DNA of 58,649 nt from positions 1-58,649 of the forward strand of contig JADFZM010000003.1 of assembly GCA_015232535.1 (NCBI GenBank). The letters are read 5' to 3'. Under the pieces are notes generated by a model that ran no database searches, was not told where the DNA came from, and saw nothing but the letters and a program-made list of their open reading frames with translations. This document shows positions 25,898 to 36,200 of the stretch, piece by piece. Within the stretch, counting starts at the first letter, position 1; each line of letters begins with the position of its first letter. The stretch comes from Candidatus Omnitrophota bacterium (GTDB taxonomy: Bacteria > Omnitrophota > Gorgyraeia > Zapsychrales > Zapsychraceae). Made by a program: the position numbers and the translations under genes.

Positions 25898-26530
25898 ATG
25901 GCTAATCTTATACGCGCTATTTTCTTTGTTTGTGTAATCCGCCCAATTATGGGTTTTTTCATCGGCCTTAGGGTGCGAGGGAGAGAAAACTTGCCCCAAA
26001 AGCACCCGTTTATTATTATCGCCAATCATTCGAGCCATCTCGATACAGTCGCTATCATGAATCTTTTCCCGTTAAAATTCTTAAGCAGGATTCATCCGGT
26101 TGCTGCCGCTGATTATTTTAATCGCAATACAATAGTTTCATTCGTAAGCAGATTGTTTTTCAATATCTTACCTATCGAACGTAAACACATTTGCCATAAT
26201 CGGAATCCTCTTGATGCTATTTCAGCTATTCTTGCGGCGGGGAGCAGTATAATTCTTTTCCCTGAGGGGACGCGTTCTTTATCCGGCGAAATAGCTCCTT
26301 TCCATTCCGGCATTGCCCATGTAGCTAAGCAATTTCCCATCGTCCCCATAATCCCTGTTTACATGTCGAACATGTGGAGGGCTTTGCCGAAAGGGGAGTT
26401 TATTATTTTACCGTTTATATGCGAGATGAATATCGGGAAGCCTATTTATCCTGATGGTTCGAAAGAAGAAATAATGGAGATATTGCGCAATACTATTGTT
26501 CGGCTAAAAGGGGAGTCTTCTTGGCAATAA
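25898..26530 (+). CDS. plsC: 1-acyl-sn-glycerol-3-phosphate (lysophospholipid) acyltransferase
   Basis: The motifs are IIIANHSSHLDT (HX4D), FPEGTRS, and a downstream PIIPVYM block. Confidence 0.85.
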   Translation: MANLIRAIFFVCVIRPIMGFFIGLRVRGRENLPQKHPFIIIANHSSHLDTVAIMNLFPLKFLSRIHPVAAADYFNRNTIVSFVSRLFFNILPIERKHICHNRNPLDAISAILAAGSSIILFPEGTRSLSGEIAPFHSGIAHVAKQFPIVPIIPVYMSNMWRALPKGEFIILPFICEMNIGKPIYPDGSKEEIMEILRNTIVRLKGESSWQ

Positions 26531-27078
26531 TAAAACTTGTATCTTTTTTCTGGGGCTTTGCGGAAGCGACTTTCTTTTTTATCATACCGGATGTCTTTCT
26601 GGCTTGGTTAGTTCTAACTCAAAAAGAATACAAGAAAATTAGAGCGGCGGTTTCTTGGGCAGTATTCGGGGCGATTTGCGGGGGAGTTTTGATGTATTGG
26701 CTTGGCTATTTTATCCGACCAGAAATATTAATTGGAATGTTGGATCATATCCCGGGGATTAGTCAAGCGATTATCAGTGATGTATCAGCCCAGATAGAAA
26801 AAGGCGGCATTTCAAGTGTTTTCCTCGGCATAATTAAGGGAATACCATATAAGCTTTATGCTTCGCAGTGGGGTTATTATAAGGGCAATATATGGATTTT
26901 GATCGCTTGCTCCGTTTTTGCCCGAGGAGGAAGGTTTATTTTAAGCGTTTTAGTGACCTTTTTCATTGATTCAATGGCCAAAAAACTATTTATCAATTGG
27001 GAGCATGTTAAAAGACCGGTTTTTACAGTTTTTTGGATTACTTTCTATATATTTTATTTCATCCAGTATCCGTTGTAA
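26521..27078 (+). CDS. Hypothetical membrane protein, last gene of the lipid operon
   Basis: The ORF has a TTG start that overlaps the plsC stop by 10 nt. It has several TM segments. The family is not recognised, and any DedA/YqaA-like resemblance is weak. Confidence 0.55.
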   Translation: MAIIKLVSFFWGFAEATFFFIIPDVFLAWLVLTQKEYKKIRAAVSWAVFGAICGGVLMYWLGYFIRPEILIGMLDHIPGISQAIISDVSAQIEKGGISSVFLGIIKGIPYKLYASQWGYYKGNIWILIACSVFARGGRFILSVLVTFFIDSMAKKLFINWEHVKRPVFTVFWITFYIFYFIQYPL

Positions 27079-27244
27079 TTCCTTAAGTTTGTTCCGAGGC
27101 TGTATAGTAATCCAGCTGACATGCTGTAACCGCAATTGATTGAATAAATATTCTCGGATTTAAAATCCTTGCCAGCGGTATTCAATGCCAATATAATATG
27201 TTTCAGAATTTTTGTATTACAGAACGCCGGAGATTTAAACGACT

Positions 27245-29224
27245 ATGCGGATTTTTCCCAAACTGATTATCCTTTCTCTTTCTATTTCCCTTATCCCCGC
27301 AATATTTATTTCCTACGTAATTTTTGTCAATGTCCGTTCAAGCATGGAAAGGGAGTTTATTGATAAGTTAAAATCGGTTACTTCCCTAAAGGCAGAACGC
27401 ATAGAAACCTTCTTTTCCGTCAATAAGGAAACGATCCGTTCTGCCCGCAACTTGTTGATATTGAAGCAGAATTTGCCGATTTTGGCGGAAAAAATAAAAA
27501 GCAAGAATGCGGCCACTGTAAATGAAGCAAGGAAGATTTTAGATAGTTATTTGATCCCATTTCGCTCATCCTACGGTTATGCGGATGTTATCCTAAGGGA
27601 TCCGTCAGGATCGATCCTTTATTCGGCAAATAAACAGAATTCTTCTTTTTCGTTAAGTTTGCCTTTTGTGGTTGCGGCGAAAAATGATCCTCAAGAAATA
27701 ACGAGAGGGAATGTAACAAAGTCATCCTACCAAGGCTTCCCCTATATAATTCCGGTAGCTAGCGGCATTCGAGGTTATAATGGCGAAACTATCGGCTACA
27801 TTGAGGCTTATGTCGACATGGAGGAGGTTTATAAAATTTTACGGGATAATACCGGGACGGGAAACACCGGGGAATCTTTGATCGTCCAGAAGACAGGAAA
27901 AAATAAGGTTATATTCTTAAGCCCCTTACGTTTTGACCCGAAGGCGATTTTAAAGAAAGAAGTTGTTTTGGGTCAGGATGAAGCCCTCCCTGCGCAAAAA
28001 GCGGCAAAAGGAGAATCAGGGATCGGATTAAGTATTGATTACCGGGGAAGAGAGGTTATTTCCTGCTGGAGGTATTTGCCTTCATTAGGATACGGGCTTG
28101 TTTCAAAAGTCGATACCGAGGAAGCTTTTGCCTCTATCGGGAAAATCCAAAAGCTTATATTCTTCGTTTTTATCCTGACTTTTATAATGGTTTTTATCGT
28201 AGCATTCTCTTTGGCAAAGTCCATTTCTGACCCGATACATGAATTGCATAAGGGCACGGAAATTATCGGAGCGGGTAATCTTAACCATAAAGTTGGAAAA
28301 AAGTCGAGAGACGAGATCGGCCAGCTTTCCCGGGCATTTGACGAGATGGTTGGTAACCTTAAAATGACTACCGCTTCAAAGGCCGAATTGGAAGAAGAAG
28401 TCAAACAGCGCAAAAATGCGGAGGAAAATTTAAAGGTGGCAATTTCTGATTTGGAGCGCTCCAACAAAGAGTTGGAGCAGTTTGCATATGTCGCATCGCA
28501 CGATTTGCAGGAGCCTTTAAGAATGGTCACGAGTTATACTCAGCTTTTGGAGAAGAAATATAACGATATGTTAGACGATAAAGGAAGGGAATTTATTCAT
28601 TACGCCACCGACGGGGCGAAGCGGATGCAGAATTTAATCACCGATCTGCTCCAATTCTCGAGGGTAAGTACCAAGGGCAAGCCCTTTGTCAGTTGTGATG
28701 CATCTAAATGCTGCGAGAACGCTATAGCAAATTTGTCTGTTGCTATAAAAGAATCCGGCGCCAAAATAGAAGCTAATAAGCTTCCCAAAATTATCGCTGA
28801 TGAGGCGCAGATCTCCTCTTTGTTTCAAAATCTTATATCTAATTCTTTAAAATACCGGGGAGAAGCTACTCCTCAGATAAAAATATCATGTGCGGAGCGG
28901 CCTGGTGAGTGGCTTTTCTTTGTGAGGGATAACGGGATTGGCATCGAAAGGGAATATCACGAGCGGATCTTTGTCCTATTCCAAAGGCTTCATACCCGAG
29001 AAGAATACAGCGGAACAGGGATAGGTTTAGCGGTTTGCAAGAAAATAGTCGAGCGCCATGGGGGCAATATATGGGTCGAATCCGAGATAGGGAAAGGCGC
29101 GATTTTTTATTTTACTATTCCCAAGAAGCAGAAAAGGAAGATCGGCGAAATCCTGGTCGAGGACGGGCTGATAACCTCCGAAGCCTTGGATAAGACCCTA
29201 AAGAAGCAGGAAGGCCGATCATAA
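27245..29224 (+). CDS. Sensor histidine kinase: TM, Cache-like periplasmic domain, TM, HAMP, HisKA, HATPase_c, and a C-terminal MshEN/T2SSE_N-like 24-aa motif
   Basis: The H-box is FAYVASHDLQEPLRMV (His codon 28499..28501). The N box is NLISNSLKY. The G boxes are DNGIGI and GTGIGLAVC. The HAMP domain contains DEIGQLSRAFDEM. The tail is KIGEILVEDGLITSEALDKTLKKQ. Confidence 0.9.
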   Translation: MRIFPKLIILSLSISLIPAIFISYVIFVNVRSSMEREFIDKLKSVTSLKAERIETFFSVNKETIRSARNLLILKQNLPILAEKIKSKNAATVNEARKILDSYLIPFRSSYGYADVILRDPSGSILYSANKQNSSFSLSLPFVVAAKNDPQEITRGNVTKSSYQGFPYIIPVASGIRGYNGETIGYIEAYVDMEEVYKILRDNTGTGNTGESLIVQKTGKNKVIFLSPLRFDPKAILKKEVVLGQDEALPAQKAAKGESGIGLSIDYRGREVISCWRYLPSLGYGLVSKVDTEEAFASIGKIQKLIFFVFILTFIMVFIVAFSLAKSISDPIHELHKGTEIIGAGNLNHKVGKKSRDEIGQLSRAFDEMVGNLKMTTASKAELEEEVKQRKNAEENLKVAISDLERSNKELEQFAYVASHDLQEPLRMVTSYTQLLEKKYNDMLDDKGREFIHYATDGAKRMQNLITDLLQFSRVSTKGKPFVSCDASKCCENAIANLSVAIKESGAKIEANKLPKIIADEAQISSLFQNLISNSLKYRGEATPQIKISCAERPGEWLFFVRDNGIGIEREYHERIFVLFQRLHTREEYSGTGIGLAVCKKIVERHGGNIWVESEIGKGAIFYFTIPKKQKRKIGEILVEDGLITSEALDKTLKKQEGRS

Positions 29225-29241
29225 AAGAAAGGGATTAAAAA

Positions 29242-29685
29242 ATGTCTAATGCGCATGTTATAGAGATATTGCTTGTTGAGGATAACCCCGGGGATATAAA
29301 CCTTACAAAAGAAGCGTTGTCGGAAAGCAAAATGGCGAATAAACTCTCGGTAGTAAAAGACGGAGTTGAAGCGATGAAATTTTTACGCAAGGAAGGCCAA
29401 TATTCTGACACTACTTCTCCGGATATAGTTTTTCTTGATTTGAACCTGCCTAAAAAAGACGGCCGTGAGGTATTAAAAGAGCTTAAAGAGGATGCTCAAT
29501 TACGGGTCATACCGGTTGTTGTCTTGACTAGCTCCGAGGCGGAGGAAGATATCATAAAGGCTTATTTAAATCACGCGAATTGTTATGTGCGAAAACCGCT
29601 TGATTTCGCAAAATTCCTGGAAGTGGTGAGAAAAATCGAGGATTTCTGGTTCTCGATTGTAAAGCTTCCTCATCGTGATAAATAA
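29242..29685 (+). CDS. Stand-alone response regulator receiver
   Basis: The motifs are [32 protein letters not shown] and YVRKP. Confidence 0.9.
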   Translation: MSNAHVIEILLVEDNPGDINLTKEALSESKMANKLSVVKDGVEAMKFLRKEGQYSDTTSPDIVFLDLNLPKKDGREVLKELKEDAQLRVIPVVVLTSSEAEEDIIKAYLNHANCYVRKPLDFAKFLEVVRKIEDFWFSIVKLPHRDK

Positions 29686-29707
29686 CGTTTATAACAGCAG
29701 GAGATTT

Positions 29708-30076
29708 ATGCCAAAGAAAATATTGATCGTTGACGACAATCCCGGCGACCTGTTTTTGATGACAGTTGCCCTCGATGAGTCAGGGGTAGCTTATGAACTA
29801 GCAAGCGCTTTATCCGGAGAAGAAGCCATCAAAAAAGCGGAAGATTTCCGCCCCGAACTCGCTATCGTTGATACCCGCCTGCCTAAAATAGACGGTTATG
29901 AAACCTGCAAGAAATTGAAGGAAAAATTCGGAGCTTCATGCAAGGTTGTAATCATAACAGGGTTAATCGATGCGGTTGATAGCATTAAGGCCCGCATCTC
30001 AGCATGCGACGCTTATTGCGTTAAAACTCTCGATAGGAAAGACCTGATAGAAACGGTAAAAAGGCTTTCTTTGTAG
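29708..30076 (+). CDS. Stand-alone response regulator receiver
   Basis: MPKKILIVDDNPGD is preceded by the RBS AGGAG. The protein also carries AIVDTRLPKIDG and VVIITG. I prefer ATG 29708 to the non-ATG track start at 29675. Confidence 0.85.
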   Translation: MPKKILIVDDNPGDLFLMTVALDESGVAYELASALSGEEAIKKAEDFRPELAIVDTRLPKIDGYETCKKLKEKFGASCKVVIITGLIDAVDSIKARISACDAYCVKTLDRKDLIETVKRLSL

Positions 30077-30131
30077 TATTGTTTTCCCCATAAAAAGCCT
30101 ATAAAAACAGCGAAATCATGTTACAAATAAT

Positions 30132-30163
30132 ATTATGGCAATATCGCCTAATATTGCTATAAT
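30132..30163 (+). promoter_or_regulatory. Imperfect palindrome overlapping a TATAAT -10 box upstream of pckG
   Basis: ATTATGGCAATAT (30132..30144) and ATATTGCTATAAT (30151..30163) are inverted repeats matching at 12 of 13 positions. TATAAT lies at 30158..30163. Confidence 0.3.
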
Positions 30164-30211
30164 ATCCCCCAATAAATTAATTATTAACAATTTGTAAGAA
30201 GGATTTGGGAA

Positions 30212-31984
30212 ATGACAACACCGCTAGAAAAATGGGTCGATGAACAGGCTAAACTTACCCGGCCGAAAAAGATATATTGGTGCGACGGCTCGGAAAAAGA
30301 GGCGAAAATGCTTCTTGATATAGGGATGAACGAGGAGAAAATAAACGGCCAGCCGGTTTTTGAAGCGCTTAACCATAAAAATTGGCCAAAGGCTTATTAT
30401 CACCGCAGCCACCCTTCGGATGTTGCCCGCACCGAACAGCTTACTTTTGTCTGCCACAAAGATAAAGATACCGCCGGCCCGAATAATAATTGGATGGACC
30501 CCGATGAAGCAAAGGCAAAGATGAGACAGCTTTCCGAAGGGTGTATGAAGGGCAGGACAATGTATGTCATGCCATATACTATGGGGCATCCGGATTCTCC
30601 TTATTCCAAAGCTTGCATACAGTTAACGGATATCTCTTATGTGGTTGTCAGCATGCGCATCATGACTCGTATGGGAAAATCCGCCTTGGATAAGATAGGC
30701 AAAAGTGAAAACTTTGTAAAAGGCCTGCACTCGATCGGCGATTTAGATCCCAATCGGCGTTTTATCATGCATTTCCCCGAGGAGAGTTTTGTATGGAGCA
30801 TCGGTTCCGGTTACGGCGGCAATGCGCTTTTGGGCAAGAAATGTTTTTCGCTTCGTATCGCTTCCTGCCAGGGGCATAAAGAAGGATGGCTCGCCGAGCA
30901 TATGGTGATAATCGGCATAGAAGACCCTAAAGGAAATGTTACTTATGTTACAGCGGCCTTGCCTTCGGCCTGCGGCAAGACAAACTTGGCCATGCTCGAA
31001 TCGGCTTTGCCCGGTTATAAGGTCTGGACGCTGGGTGATGATATCGCCTGGCTTAATGTAGGCGAGGACGGAAGGCTTTGGGCCATAAACCCCGAAGCCG
31101 GGCTTTTCGGGGTGGCTCCGGGGACATCAATGAGCACTAATCCCAATATGATGAGAACTCTAAAAGCGGATAAGTTCTTCCCGACTTTATTTACCAATAC
31201 GGCTTTAAATACTGATACAAACGAACCGTGGTGGGAAGGCCTCGACGGAGGAGTTCCCGGCAATCTTTTGGATTGGCAAGGCGCTAATTGGGACAAATCA
31301 AAATCGACAAAGGCCGCTCATCCTAATTCGCGTTTTACTGTCTCGATAACTAATTCTCCAACTCTTTCTAAAGAATTCAATAATCCTAAAGGCGTTCCCA
31401 TATCGGCGATAATCCTCGGCGGGAAAAGGACTCAGCTTATCCCCTTGGTGTGCGAAGCGCCTGACTGGCAGTCGGGAGTTTTTACGGCTGTCCGTACCGG
31501 CTCCGAGACTACCGCCGCCGCCGCGCATCAGGTGGGGGTTTTGCGCCGTGACCCTATGGCGATGCTTCCTTTTTGCGGTTACAATATGGCGGATTATTTC
31601 GCTCATTGGTTAAAGATCGGTAAAAAGTTAACTCATCCCCCGAAGATCTTCTCGGTTAATTGGTTTAGGATGGATGATGAAGGAAAATATATTTGGCCCG
31701 GCTTCGGCGATAATATCCGCGTTCTAAAATGGGTTATCGACCGGGTAAATAATAAAGTTGATGCTAAAGAAACCCCGATAGGCCTCATTCCTCATTTAAA
31801 GGATTTGAGCTTAGAAGGGCTTAATATCCCTCATGCTAAATTGGCGCGATTATTTGAAATAGACAAAGATGGCTGGAAAGCCGAAATCAGCGATATTGAA
31901 AAGTTCCTCTCGCAGTTCGGCAGCCGCCTTCCCGAGGGAATTAAGGAAGAATTTAAAAAGCTCTCTGAAGAAATCTGCATTTAA
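30212..31984 (+). CDS. pckG: Phosphoenolpyruvate carboxykinase (GTP)
   Basis: The motifs are GSGYGGNALLGKKCFSLRIAS, PSACGKTNLAML, NPEAGLFGVAPGTS and FSVNWFR. Confidence 0.93.
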   Translation: MTTPLEKWVDEQAKLTRPKKIYWCDGSEKEAKMLLDIGMNEEKINGQPVFEALNHKNWPKAYYHRSHPSDVARTEQLTFVCHKDKDTAGPNNNWMDPDEAKAKMRQLSEGCMKGRTMYVMPYTMGHPDSPYSKACIQLTDISYVVVSMRIMTRMGKSALDKIGKSENFVKGLHSIGDLDPNRRFIMHFPEESFVWSIGSGYGGNALLGKKCFSLRIASCQGHKEGWLAEHMVIIGIEDPKGNVTYVTAALPSACGKTNLAMLESALPGYKVWTLGDDIAWLNVGEDGRLWAINPEAGLFGVAPGTSMSTNPNMMRTLKADKFFPTLFTNTALNTDTNEPWWEGLDGGVPGNLLDWQGANWDKSKSTKAAHPNSRFTVSITNSPTLSKEFNNPKGVPISAIILGGKRTQLIPLVCEAPDWQSGVFTAVRTGSETTAAAAHQVGVLRRDPMAMLPFCGYNMADYFAHWLKIGKKLTHPPKIFSVNWFRMDDEGKYIWPGFGDNIRVLKWVIDRVNNKVDAKETPIGLIPHLKDLSLEGLNIPHAKLARLFEIDKDGWKAEISDIEKFLSQFGSRLPEGIKEEFKKLSEEICI

Positions 31985-31998
31985 AGAGTTGCTTTCAC

Positions 31999-32042
31999 GG
32001 CGGGGAAGAAAAGAGCCGTTCTCTCCCCGCCGATTTATTTTA
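31999..32042 (+). terminator. Rho-independent terminator after pckG
   Basis: The stem GGCGGGGA (31999..32006) pairs with TCCCCGCC (32024..32031) and is followed by the T-rich GATTTATTTTAT. Confidence 0.65.
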
Positions 32043-32413
32043 TCCAGAGCTGTTTACTGGATTTAATTGCGCGAAAAAACTGAGTACTTAAGGGTGTGGG
32101 TGGATGTGCGTTTGAGAGCGGGTTATAGTGAGCATTATCGAGGAATCAATGGCTCTTGTCCCAAAGATCATGAAGCGATTTCTCAGCTCGATATTCTTCG
32201 GCGGTCAATTATCATTAAAAAAAAGCTCCTTAGCTTTCCGGTGGCTTCACAACTATACGGTTTTCCTCCTGCAGAAAGAATTCTACAATAACGGCATACC
32301 GTTTTTTATAGTTCCGATAAGAGTTTGAGGGGTCATTATCGTAATTGTTTATATAACCTATCTTTTCCCTATAAAATAAGTATAATAGGCTAATAAAATG
32401 GAATAGACTATCT

Positions 32414-32770
32414 ATGACTGACAAAACGACATTGTTTAAAAAAGAATTAAGTATAGACCTTAAAGAGCTGCTTACGGAAATGCACGTGGCGGAAGATGTT
32501 TTTATCCGGATATTGAAGATCTCTATAGAGACTACGGAAGAAGACCTCGCGTCTTTGAAAGCTTACATTGAAGAGGGAAATAGAGAAAAAGCCGAAGAAA
32601 CTTCTCACAAGCTTAAAGGGGTATATGCCAATATGCGCATAACTCCGCTTTATAAAATTGCCGCGGACATGTATTCATTGGCTAGAAGCGAGCAAGGTTT
32701 ATCAGAGCTGAATCCTCTTTTGGATCTGTTCTCGCAAAATTACTCTAAGCTTAAAGCGATATTAGATTGA
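32414..32770 (+). CDS. Histidine phosphotransfer (HPt) domain protein
   Basis: AEETSHKLKGVYANMRI contains the HxLKG phospho-His motif. The protein is small (118 aa) and helical. Confidence 0.8.
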   Translation: MTDKTTLFKKELSIDLKELLTEMHVAEDVFIRILKISIETTEEDLASLKAYIEEGNREKAEETSHKLKGVYANMRITPLYKIAADMYSLARSEQGLSELNPLLDLFSQNYSKLKAILD

Positions 32771-32802
32771 TAAATACGATCTATCAAGAAAGCACATCCT
32801 TT

Positions 32803-33198
32803 ATGTGGAAAGCTATAATTGTTGATGATAATAAAAATAACCGCGAGCTGGTATTAGAGATCCTGCGCGGCCACGCTCTTTGCGACATTGCCTGCGACGG
32901 CAAGGAGGCAAAAGAGCGATATGATAAATCAATAGGGGCGAAAAAGCCTTATGATTTCATGATCCTCGATATAAATATGCCTGAGGTAGACGGGCTGGAG
33001 GTCCTTTCCTATATTCGGGGAAAGGAAAAGAAATCCGGCATTCGCTCAGGAGAAGGCCTGGCGATAATAATGGCTACGGCCTTTGAAGAGCCTTTCGCCG
33101 ATGCTTTTGATTCAGGCTGTGACGATTATATTCTTAAGCCTATTGACGGACAAAGGCTTTTGGAAAAAATAAGGGTGAAGCTCGCAGTTCAGAAATAG
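32803..33198 (+). CDS. Stand-alone response regulator receiver
   Basis: The motifs are MWKAIIVDDNKNNRE, DFMILDINMPEVDG, IIMATA and YILKP. An alternative TTG start at 32767 overlaps the Hpt stop. Confidence 0.85.
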   Translation: MWKAIIVDDNKNNRELVLEILRGHALCDIACDGKEAKERYDKSIGAKKPYDFMILDINMPEVDGLEVLSYIRGKEKKSGIRSGEGLAIIMATAFEEPFADAFDSGCDDYILKPIDGQRLLEKIRVKLAVQK

Positions 33199-33240
33199 GA
33201 TTTTGTTTCTCGGTGAGTTTGCAAAAAATAAGGAAAGTGC

Positions 33241-36200
33241 ATGGCAAGTTATTTTCAGGCAAGGTTAGATTACATATTCTTTATATACGGATTAGCATTT
33301 ATCCTTCTAGCGGTCATTTGTTTCTTCTTGAGTTATCGCCGGGAGAATAAAATCCCCTGGAATATGCTGGGGTTTTTCGGCCTGGTGCACGGGATTAATG
33401 AATGGCTGGATATGTTGGCTATTATCGCCGGAGACGGGGCCGGATTTAAGTTGGCCCGTACGGGAATAATGGCCGTATCTTTTATCTTCCTTTTTGAATT
33501 TGGCAGGCAGGGGATGATTATCCTGAGGGGCAAAGGCTTGAAGAGGTATTGGACGATTATCCCGGTTTTGTTGTTCCTCTCGGGTGGGTTGCTTTCGATA
33601 AACTATCTTAATCCTTTCGGGCGGTATTTTCTTGGTCTTCCGGGCGCGCTTTTAGCTTCGTTTGTACTATTTCTTTTAGCCGGGAAAGATAAGAAGAATT
33701 ACGGCTATTTTTTCGCCTCCGCAACGGGCTTAGCCCTTTACGCTATTGCTTCGGGGTTTATTGTCCCTAAATCGGGGTTCGCCCCAGCCTCGTTTATAAA
33801 TCATGATTCTTTTCTTGCTTTTGCCAATTTCCCGGTACAGCTTTTACGTTGCCTGCTAGCCTGTATTGTCACCTATTCGCTTTGGCTATATTACGAGGAG
33901 GCTATTCAAATCAGGCAGGAAGATAAAAGAACTGAAAGAGTATTGCGTAAGGCAGGCCTTGTATTTTTAATCGCGATTATTGTTTCCGGATGGCTTTTGA
34001 CCGACTGGATGGGGCGAAAAAAGACCGAAGCGAACAAAGAAGATTTGCTGGCTTTTGCACGCCGCAGCCAAATGTTGTTGGATGTAAAAGACATTATGGC
34101 CCTTACAGGAACGAAAGCTGATATTCAAATTCAGGCATATCGGCATCTTAAAGATACTCTGCAGGTCCTTCGTTCTTCTCTGCCCAGGGTAAGGTTTATT
34201 TATTTAATGAGGATTTATGAAGGAAAAGTGATATTTCTTGTCGATTCAGAAACTCCCGGCAGCAAGGATGAATCGCTTCCCGGCGATGTGTATGATGATG
34301 GCAGCCCTGTTTTGACACAGGTTTTTGTTGATGGCCTTGAAAGAGTCGAAGGGCCGGTAAAAGATTCTTGGGGTACTTGGTTCAGCAGTTTTAACCCGGT
34401 CATAAATATCGAGGACAATAGTATCAACGCTATTTTGGGCGTTGATATGGATGCCGGTTTGTTTCTTTCCGAGATTCAACAGGAAAGGAAAAAAGGTATC
34501 TTCCTTTCTTTTCTTCTCGCCTTAGCAGTGATTTGGTCTTTTGTGTATCGGCGTATTTTTATCGAAGCGGTTAGGTTGGTTGGGACAAAAAAAGGGTTGC
34601 CTGTTTTGGTCAGGTTTGGATCAGGGTTTGTAGGTGTTTTTGTTTTGCTGGCCATAACTCTTTTTGTTTTCTTTGAGTCTAGGTCTATGAGCATTAGAAG
34701 TTTTAAGGACATCTTTGAAGACAAAGCAGAACAAAGAGCTTTATTGTTAAATAATAAGTTATCCGATATCATAGACGATCTGGAAGATGTAAATTCTTTG
34801 TATAAATCATCAAATGAAGTCGACAGGGATGAGTTTTATACTTATACGGGCGAGACTTTCCCTTCCGATAACGGAATTCGTTCGATTCTTTGGTTACCGC
34901 GAATATCAAAGCCCGAACGCCGGCAGTTTGAAGAAAGCCTCATAAAAGAGGGTTTCTCCGGGTTCAGGGTTATGGAAAAAGATGAAAAAGGCATTATCGT
35001 TAACGCTAAGGAAAGGGAAGAATATTATCCTGTTCTTTATCACTCAGTCTTTAATCAACATAGTGGGCTCATAGGATTTGATCTTGCTTCGGAGGGTTTT
35101 ATTGCCCAGTTCTTGTCGGAAGCAGGCGATATGGGTCATCCTTTTTCTTTTCATTTGGCTGATAGCTCGCTAAAAGAGGAAGATCATAGCGATATTATGG
35201 TTTTGGTCCCTGTATATAAAAACGGCCGGCCTATAGATACTTTAATTGAAAGGCGAGAAAACCTGCAGGGATTTATCGCCGTGATATTTAACTTGGGAGA
35301 AATGATAGAGAAAACCCTGGCTAACAAACCCAGGGAAGGTATCAATCTGCTTATCGAGGAAGTTATGCTGAGAAAATCCAAGGAGAGGGAGCCTTTATAT
35401 TTTCACCCCTCTCGCTTGGACCATGCTTCGCAGCAAAAACTTTTTAAAGGGGTTGCGTCCGATTTACTGATCAACTTCGGAGATCTGAAAATAAATCTTC
35501 ATTCATTTCCCGGGAAAGCTTTCACAAAGAAAAACCTTTCTTACTCTTATTGGGCTGTTTTGCCTATCGGGTTGGTTTTGACTTTACTTTTATTCATGCT
35601 TCTCAATCAGACTGTCACCGGGCGGCTGAAAGCGGAAGGAATGGTGATTATCCGTACCGAAGAGCTTATGCGGGAAAAGAAATTGCTCGAGCAAAAAGAG
35701 GAGGCTTTGACCGAGGCGCAGATTATCGGAAAGATGGGGAGCTGGGAGATCGACTTGGCGAAGGGAAAACGGACTTGGTCCAAGCAGATGTTTTCTTTGC
35801 TGGAGGTCCCCGAGACAATTGAGCCGTCGGTTGATGTTATAAAAATGCGCGCTCATCCCGACGATTGGGATGTGCTATCCGGCAGGCTGCAGGCTTTGAC
35901 CAAGGAATTCAAGCCTTACCGCCTTGAGCATAGGATTATAACTCCTTCGGGAAAGGTAAAATGGTTGAGCGTTATTGGTGATATTATCTATGACTCGTCA
36001 AAAAATCCTGTAAAAGCCCGGGGCACTCTTCAGGATATTACCGAGAAGAAGAACGCCGAAATATCTTTTCGGGAACAGGCGGATTTCTTAAAAGCCCTTT
36101 TTAATTCGGTGCCGATCCCGGTTTTTTTCAAGGATATTAACGGCCGGTATATGGGCATAAACAAAGGTTTTGAAACTTTCTACGGAAAGCCGGCGGAATA

